Of a stretch of DNA of 64,000 nucleotides, positions 55,601-64,000 are shown in pieces; position 1 is the stretch's first letter, and every line of letters begins with the position of its first letter. Below the pieces are notes generated by a model. It made no database searches. It saw only the letters and a list, made by a program, of their open reading frames with translations, and was not told where the DNA came from. The DNA comes from Auanema rhodensis. Taxonomy: Eukaryota > Animalia > Nematoda. A program made the translations under genes and the position numbers. Location of the stretch: positions 20,708,001 to 20,772,000 of the forward strand of contig OZ059900.1 of NCBI GenBank assembly GCA_964057225.1. Reading direction: 5' to 3'.

Positions 55601-58600
55601 TTAGAAAATTAAGGAAATTAGCATATTCTGAGGGCACGCCCCTTATGGCTAATATTGATTAAATCGATTTTTGTTCATATGAGTCGTCAAATGCAACGAA
55701 TTTCAGCGTGTTACATACTAAAATGAAGCATTTTACATGCTGAACACTAGAAAAATACAAAAACACAGTATTTCTCATGAGAAATATTTTATTATGCTGG
55801 AAAACCAGTTTTTGGAAATTTCGCTGTAAACAAGGTTTTGACTTACGATTTCATGTGTTCAAACTCATGCAATGTCAATGAAACCTAGCTCAAAATTGTT
55901 TGTACAACGTCTAGTTCCACTTTCACGACAAAAAAACAGGGGTTAGAAAATTAAGGAAATTAGCATATTCTGAGGGCACGCCCCTTATGGCTAATATTGA
56001 TTAAATCGATTTTTGTTCATATGAGTCGTCAAATGCAACGAATTTCAGCGTGTTACATACTAAAATGAAGCATTTCACATGCTGAACACTAGAAAAATAC
56101 AAAAACACAGTATTTCCCATGAGAAATATTTTATTATGCTGGAAAACCAGTTTTTGGAAATTTCGCTGTAAACAAGTTTTTGACTTACGATTTTATGTGT
56201 TCAAACTCATGCAATGTCAATGAAACCTAGCTCATAATTGTTCCTACAACGTCTAGTTCCACTTTCACGACAAAAAAACAGGGGTTAGAAAATTAAGGAA
56301 ATTAGCATATTCTGAGGGCACGCCTCTTATGGCTAATATTGATTAAATCGATTTTTGTTCATATGAGTCGTCAAATGCAACGAATTTCAGCGTGTTACAT
56401 ACTAAAATGAAGCATTTTACATGCTGAACACTATAAAAATACAAAAACACAGTATTTCCCATGAGAAATATTTTATTATGCTGGAAAACCAGTTTTTGGA
56501 AATTTCGCTGTAAACAAGGTTTTGACTTACGATTTCATCTGTTCAAACTCATGCAATGTCAATGAAACCTAGCTCAAAATTGTTCGTACAACGTCTAGTT
56601 CCACTTTCACGACAAAAAAACAGGGGTTAGAAAATTAAGGAAATTAGCATATTCTGAGGGCACGCCCCTTATGGCTAATATTGATTAAATCGATTTTTGT
56701 TCATATGAGTAGTCAAATGCAACGAATTTCAGCGTGTCACATACTAAAATGAAGCATTTTACATGCTGAACACTAGAAAAATACAAAAACACAGTATTTC
56801 CCATGAGAAATATTTTATTATGCTGGAAAACCAGTTTTTGGAAATTTCGCTGTAAACAAGGTTTTGACTTACGATTTCATGTGTTCAAACTCATGCAATG
56901 TCAATGAAACCTAGCTCAAAATTGTTCGTACAACGTCTAGTTCCACTTTCACGACAAAAAAACAGGGGTTAGAAAATTAAGGAAATTAGCATATTCTGAG
57001 GGCACGCCCCTTATGGCTAATATTGATTAAATCGATTTTTGTTCATATGAGTCGTCAAATGCAACGAATTTCAGCGTGTTACATACTAAAATGAAGCATT
57101 TTACATGCTGAACACTAGAAAAATACAAAAACACAGTATTTCCCATGAGAAATATTTTATTATGCTGGAAAACCAGTTTTTGGAAATTTCACTGTAAACA
57201 AGGTTTTGACTTACGATTTCATGTGTTCAAACTCATGCAATGTCAATGAAACCTATCTCAAAATTGTTCCTACAACGTCTAGTTCCACTTTCACGACAAA
57301 AAAACAGGGGTTAGAAAATTAAGGAAATTAGCATATTCTGAGGGCACGCCCCTTATGGCTAATATTGATTAAATCGATTTTTGTTCATATGAGTCGTCAA
57401 ATGAAACGAATTTCAGCGTGTTACATACTAAAATGAAGCATTTTACATGCTGAACACTATAAAAATACAAAAACACAGTATTTCCCATGAGAAATATTTT
57501 ATTATGCTGGAAAACCAGTTTTTGGAAATTTCGCTGTAAACAAGTTTTTGACTTACGATTTCATGTGTTCAAACTCATGCAATGTCAATGAAACCTAGCT
57601 CATAATTGTTCCTACAACGTCTAGTTCCACTTTCACGACAAAAAAACAGGGGTTAGAAAATTAAGGAAATTAGCATATTCTGAGGGCACGCCTCTTATGG
57701 CTAATATTGATTAAATCGATTTTTGTTCATATGAGTCGTCAAATGCAACGAATTTCAGCGTGTTACATACTAAAATGAAGCATTTTACATGCTGAACACT
57801 ATAAAAATACAAAAACACAGTATTTCCCATGAGAAATATTTTATTATGCTGGAAAACCAGTTTTTGGAAATTTCGCTGTAAACAAGGTTTTGACTTACGA
57901 TTTCATCTGTTCAAACTCATGCAATGTCAATGAAACCTAGCTCAAAATTGTTCGTACAACGTCTAGTTCCACTTTCACGACAAAAAAACAGGGGTTAGAA
58001 AATTAAGGAAATTAGCATATTCTGAGGGCACGCCCCTTATGGCTAATATTGATTAAATCGATTTTTGTTCATATGAGTAGTCAAATGCAACGAATTTCAG
58101 CGTGTTACATACTAAAATGAAGCATTTTACATGCTGAACACTAGAAAAATACAAAAACACAGTATTTCCCATGAGAAATATTTTATTATGCTGGAAAACC
58201 AGTTTTTGGAAATTTCGCTGTAAACAAGGTTTTGACTTACGATTTCATGTGTTCAAACTCATGCAATGTCAATGAAACCTAGCTCAAAATTGTTCGTACA
58301 ACGTCTAGTTCCACTTTCACGACAAAAAAACAGGGGTTAGAAAATTAAGGAAATTAGCATATTCTGAGGGCACGCCCCTTATGGCTAATATTGATTAAAT
58401 CGATTTTTGTTCATATGAGTCGTCAAATGCAACGAATTTCAGCGTGTTACATACTAAAATGAAGCATTTTACATGCTGAACACTAGAAAAATACAAAAAC
58501 ACAGTATTTCCCATGAGAAATATTTTATTATGCTGGAAAACCAGTTTTTGGAAATTTCGCTGTAAACAAGGTTTTGACTTACGATTTCATGTGTTCAAAC

Positions 58601-61600
58601 TCATGCAATGTCAATGAAACCTAGCTCAAAATTGTTCGTACAACGTCTAGTTCCACTTTCACGACAAAAAAACAGGGGTTAGAAAATTAAGGAAATTAGC
58701 ATATTCTGAGGGCACGCCCCTTATGGCTAATATTGATTAAATCGATTTTTGTTCATATGAGTAGTCAAATGCAACGAATTTCAGCGTGTTACATACTAAA
58801 ATGAAGCATTTTACATGCTGAACACTAGAAAAATACAAAAACACAGTATTTCCCATGAGAAATATTTTATTATGCTGGAAAACCAGTTTTTGGAAATTTC
58901 GCTGTAAACAAGGTTTTGACTTACGATTTCATGTGTTCAAACTCATGCAATGTCAATGAAACCTAGCTCAAAATTGTTCCTACAACGTCTAGTTCCACTT
59001 TCACGACAAAAAACAGGGGTTAGAAAATTAAGGAAATTAGCATATTCTGAGGGCACGCCCCTTATGGCTAATATTGATTAAATCGATTTTTGTTCATATG
59101 AGTCGTCAAATGCAACGAATTTCAGCGTGTTACATACTAAAATGAAGCATTTTACATGCTGAACACTAGAAAAATACAAAAACACAGTATTTCCCATGAG
59201 AAATATTTTATTATGCTGGAAAACCAGTTTTTGGAAATTTCGCTGTAAACAAGGTTTTGACTTACGATTTCATGTGTTCAAACTCATGCAATGTCAATGA
59301 AACCTAGCTCAAAATTGTTCCTACAACGTCTAGTTCCACTTTCACGACAAAAAAACAGGGGTTAGAAAATTAAGGAAATTAGCATATTCTGAGGGCACGC
59401 CCCTTATGGCTAATATTGATTAAATCGATTTTTGTTCATATGAGTCGTCAAATGCAACGAATTTCAGCGTGTTACATACTAAAATGAAGCATTTTACATG
59501 CTGAACACTAGAAAAATACAAAAACACAGTATTTCTCATGAGAAATATTTTATTATGCTGGAAAACCAGTTTTTGGAAATTTCGCTGTAAACAAGGTTTT
59601 GACTTACGATTTCATGTGTTCAAACTCATGCAATGTCAATGAAACCTAGCTCAAAATTGTTTGTACAACGTCTAGTTCCACTTTCACGACAAAAAAACAG
59701 GGGTTAGAAAATTAAGGAAATTAGCATATTCTGAGGGCACGCCCCTTATGGCTAATATTGATTAAATCGATTTTTGTTCATATGAGTCGTCAAATGCAAC
59801 GAATTTCAGCGTGTTACATACTAAAATGAAGCATTTCACATGCTGAACACTAAAAAAATACAAAAACACAGTATTTCCCATGAGAAATATTTTATTATGC
59901 TGGAAAACCAGTTTTTGGAAATTTCGCTGTAAACAAGTTTTTGACTTACGATTTTATGTGTTCAAACTCATGCAATGTCAATGAAACCTAGCTCATAATT
60001 GTTCCTACAACGTCTAGTTCCACTTTCACGACAAAAAAACAGGGGTTAGAAAATTAAGGAAATTAGCATATTCTGAGGGCACGCCTCTTATGGCTAATAT
60101 TGATTAAATCGATTTTTGTTCATATGAGTCGTCAAATGCAACGAATTTCAGCGTGTTACATACTAAAATGAAGCATTTTACATGCTGAACACTATAAAAA
60201 TACAAAAACACAGTATTTCCCATGAGAAATATTTTATTATGCTGGAAAACCAGTTTTTGGAAATTTCGCTGTAAACAAGGTTTTGACTTACGATTTCATC
60301 TGTTCAAACTCATGCAATGTCAATGAAACCTAGCTCAAAATTGTTCGTACAACGTCTAGTTCCACTTTCACGACAAAAAAACAGGGGTTAGAAAATTAAG
60401 GAAATTAGCATATTCTGAGGGCACGCCCCTTATGGCTAATATTGATTAAATCGATTTTTGTTCATATGAGTCGTCAAATGCAACGAATTTCAGCGTGTTA
60501 CATACTAAAATGAAGCATTTTACATGCTGAACACTAGAAAAATACAAAAACACAGTATTTCCCATGAGAAATATTTTATTATGCTGGAAAACCAGTTTTT
60601 GGAAATTTCGCTGTAAACAAGGTTTTGACTTACGATTTCATGTGTTCAAACTCATGCAATGTCAATGAAACCTATCTCAAAATTGTTCCTACAACGTCTA
60701 GTTCCACTTTCACGACAAAAAAACAGGGGTTAGAAAATTAAGGAAATTAGCATATTCTGAGGGCACGCCCCTTATGGCTAATATTGATTAAATCGATTTT
60801 TGTTCATATGAGTCGTCAAATGAAACGAATTTCAGCGTGTTACATACTAAAATGAAGCATTTTACATGCTGAACACTATAAAAATACAAAAACACAGTAT
60901 TTCCCATGAGAAATATTTTATTATGCTGGAAAACCAGTTTTTGGAAATTTCGCTGTAAACAAGTTTTTGACTTACGATTTCATGTGTTCAAACTCATGCA
61001 ATGTCAATGAAACCTAGCTCATAATTGTTCCTACAACGTCTAGTTCCACTTTCACGACAAAAAAACAGGGGTTAGAAAATTAAGGAAATTAGCATATTCT
61101 GAGGGCACGCCTCTTATGGCTAATATTGATTAAATCGATTTTTGTTCATATGAGTCGTCAAATGCAACGAATTTCAGCGTGTTACATACTAAAATGAAGC
61201 ATTTTACATGCTGAACACTATAAAAATACAAAAACACAGTATTTCCCATGAGAAATATTTTATTATGCTGGAAAACCAGTTTTTGGAAATTTCGCTGTAA
61301 ACAAGGTTTTGACTTACGATTTCATCTGTTCAAACTCATGCAATGTCAATGAAACCTAGCTCAAAATTGTTCGTACAACGTCTAGTTCCACTTTCACGAC
61401 AAAAAAACAGGGGTTAGAAAATTAAGGAAATTAGCATATTCTGAGGGCACGCCCCTTATGGCTAATATTGATTAAATCGATTTTTGTTCATATGAGTAGT
61501 CAAATGCAACGAATTTCAGCGTGTTACATACTAAAATGAAGCATTTTACATGCTGAACACTAGAAAAATACAAAAACACAGTATTTCCCATGAGAAATAT

Positions 61601-64000
61601 TTTATTATGCTGGAAAACCAGTTTTTGGAAATTTCGCTGTAAACAAGGTTTTGACTTACGATTTCATGTGTTCAAACTCATGCAATGTCAATGAAACCTA
61701 GCTCAAAATTGTTCGTACAACGTCTAGTTCCACTTTCACGACAAAAAAACAGGGGTTAGAAAATTAAGGAAATTAGCATATTCTGAGGGCACGCCCCTTA
61801 TGGCTAATATTGATTAAATCGATTTTTGTTCATATGAGTCGTCAAATGCAACGAATTTCAGCGTGTTACATACTAAAATGAAGCATTTTACATGCTGAAC
61901 ACTATAAAAATACAAAAACACAGTATTTCCCATGAGAAATATTTTATTATGCTGGAAAACCAGTTTTTGGAAATTTCGCTGTAAACAAGGTTTTGACTTA
62001 CGATTTCATCTGTTCAAACTCATGCAATGTCAATGAAACCTAGCTCAAAATTGTTCATACAACGTCTAGTTCCACTTTCAAGACAAAAAAACAGGGGTTA
62101 GAAAATTAAGGAAATTAGCATATTCTGAGGGCACGCCCCTTATGGCTAATATTGATTAAATCGATTTTTGTTCATATGAGTAGTCAAATGCAACGAATTT
62201 CAGCGTGTCACATACTAAAATGAAGCATTTTACATGCTGAACATTAGAAAAATACAAAAACACAGTATTTCCCATGAGAAATATTTTATTATGCTGGAAA
62301 ACCAGTTTTTGGAAATTTCGCTGTAAACAAGGTTTTGACTTACGATTTCATGTGTTCAAACTCATGCAATGTCAATGAAACCTAGCTCAAAATTGTTCGT
62401 ACAACGTCTAGTTCCACTTTCACGACAAAAAAACAGGGGTTAGAAAATTAAGGAAATTAGCATATTCTGAGGGCACGCCCCTTATGGCTAATATTGATTA
62501 AATCGATTTTTGTTCATATGAGTCGTCAAATGCAACGAATTTCAGCGTGTTACATACTAAAATGAAGCATTTTACATGCTGAACACTAGAAAAATACAAA
62601 AACACAGTATTTCCCATGAGAAATATTTTATTATGCTGGAAAACCAGTTTTTGGAAATTTCGCTGTAAACAAGGTTTTGACTTACGATTTCATGTGTTCA
62701 AACTCATGCAATGTCAATGAAACCTATCTCAAAATTGTTCCTACAACGTCTAGTTCCACTTTCACGACAAAAAAACAGGGGTTAGAAAATTAAGGAAATT
62801 AGCATATTCTGAGGGCACGCCCCTTATGGCTAATATTGATTAAATCGATTTTTGTTCATATGAGTCGTCAAATGAAACGAATTTCAGCGTGTTACATACT
62901 AAAATGAAGCATTTTACATGCTGAACACTATAAAAATACAAAAACACAGTATTTCCCATGAGAAATATTTTATTATGCTGGAAAACCAGTTTTTGGAAAT
63001 TTCGCTGTAAACAAGTTTTTGACTTACGATTTCATGTGTTGAAACTCATGCAATGTTAATGAAACCTAGCTCATAATTGTTCCTACAACGTCTAGTTCCA
63101 CTTTCACGACAAAAAAACAGGGGTTAGAAAATTAAGGAAATTAGCATATTCTGAGGGCACGCCTCTTATGGCTAATATTGATTAAATCGATTTTTGTTCA
63201 TATGAGTCGTCAAATGCAACGAATTTCAGCGTGTTACATACTAAAATGAAGCATTTTACATGCTGAACACTATAAAAATACAAAAACACAGTATTTCCCA
63301 TGAGAAATATTTTATTATGCTGGAAAACCAGTTTTTGGAAATTTCGCTGTAAACAAGGTTTTGACTTACGATTTCATCTGTTCAAACTCATGCAATGTCA
63401 ATGAAACCTAGCTCAAAATTGTTCGTACAACGTCTAGTTCCACTTTCACGACAAAAAAACAGGGGTTAGAAAATTAAGGAAATTAGCATATTCTGAGGGC
63501 ACGCCCCTTATGGCTAATATTGATTAAATCGATTTTTGTTCATATGAGTAGTCAAATGCAACGAATTTCAGCGTGTTACATACTAAAATGAAGCATTTTA
63601 CATGCTGAACACTAGAAAAATACAAAAACACAGTATTTCCCATGAGAAATATTTTATTATGCTGGAAAACCAGTTTTTGGAAATTTCGCTGTAAACAAGG
63701 TTTTGACTTACGATTTCATCTGTTCAAACTCATGCAATGTCAATGAAACCTAGCTCAAAATTGTTCGTACAACGTCTAGTTCCACTTTCACGACAAAAAA
63801 ACAGGGGTTAGAAAATTAAGGAAATTAGCATATTCTGAGGGCACGCCCCTTATGGCTAATATTGATTAAATCGATTTTTGTTCATATGAGTCGTCAAATG
63901 CAACGAATTTCAGCGTGTTACATACTAAAATGAAGCATTTTACATGCTGAACACTAGAAAAATACAAAAACACAGTATTTCCCATGAGAAATATTTTATT
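55600..64000 (-). repeat. Domain with variable-period higher-order repeats (3-, 4-, 6-, 7-, 11-mer offsets)
   Basis: CTCATAATT at 56235, 57603, 59996, 61022 and 63074. TTCATCTG and CCTATCTC were noticed only in this domain. ATTTTATGTG at 56194/59955 (offset 3761). Confidence 0.85.

Larger units (their letters stand above)
19810..64000 (-). repeat. Satellite DNA array, right arm: same 342-bp monomer in reverse orientation, about 129 copies (open at window end)
   Basis: From 19810 the sequence is the reverse complement of the left-arm monomer (e.g. GACTTACGATTTCATGTGTTCAAA, TCTGAGGGCACGCCCCTTATGG). The period is 342 bp, with some monomers shortened by 1, 3 or 7 bp. Confidence 0.99.

Noticed and set aside
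20760-59020. A7>A6 homopolymer length variants as sequencing errors
   Set aside because: Most recur in phase with neighbouring SNP cassettes, so they are probably real. Individually they are not informative enough to report.
1-64000. CRISPR array or repeat-spacer system
   Set aside because: Units are 342 bp, contiguous and near-identical over their whole length. There are no unique spacers and no cas genes.

Overview
The whole 64-kb window is one AT-rich satellite DNA array (about 66% AT by hand count of monomer 1). It has a 342-bp monomer in roughly 187 copies, and most copies differ from consensus by only a few bases. I can support no genes, RNA genes, transposons or CRISPR arrays; the six ORFs in the track are chance read-throughs of the repeat. 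The main structural event is one sharp orientation switch at 19809|19810: about 57.9 monomers run forward (1-19809) and about 129 run in reverse (19810-64000). This gives a convergent quasi-palindrome with a 111-bp asymmetric centre. The two arms carry different variant pools, so they are not mirror copies. The exception is the first inverted fragment, which keeps a rare left-arm haplotype. The monomer looks like a decayed dimer of two ~171-bp subunits and is rich in short dyads. Shared SNPs and indels reveal many local, short-lived higher-order duplications (1-, 3-, 4-, 5-, 6-, 7-, 8-, 9- and 11-mers) and one ~23.6-kb-distant copy. This fits eukaryotic (peri)centromeric heterochromatin, but I cannot name the family or species from sequence alone. 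I see no novel protein-coding system; the interest lies in array architecture and evolution.
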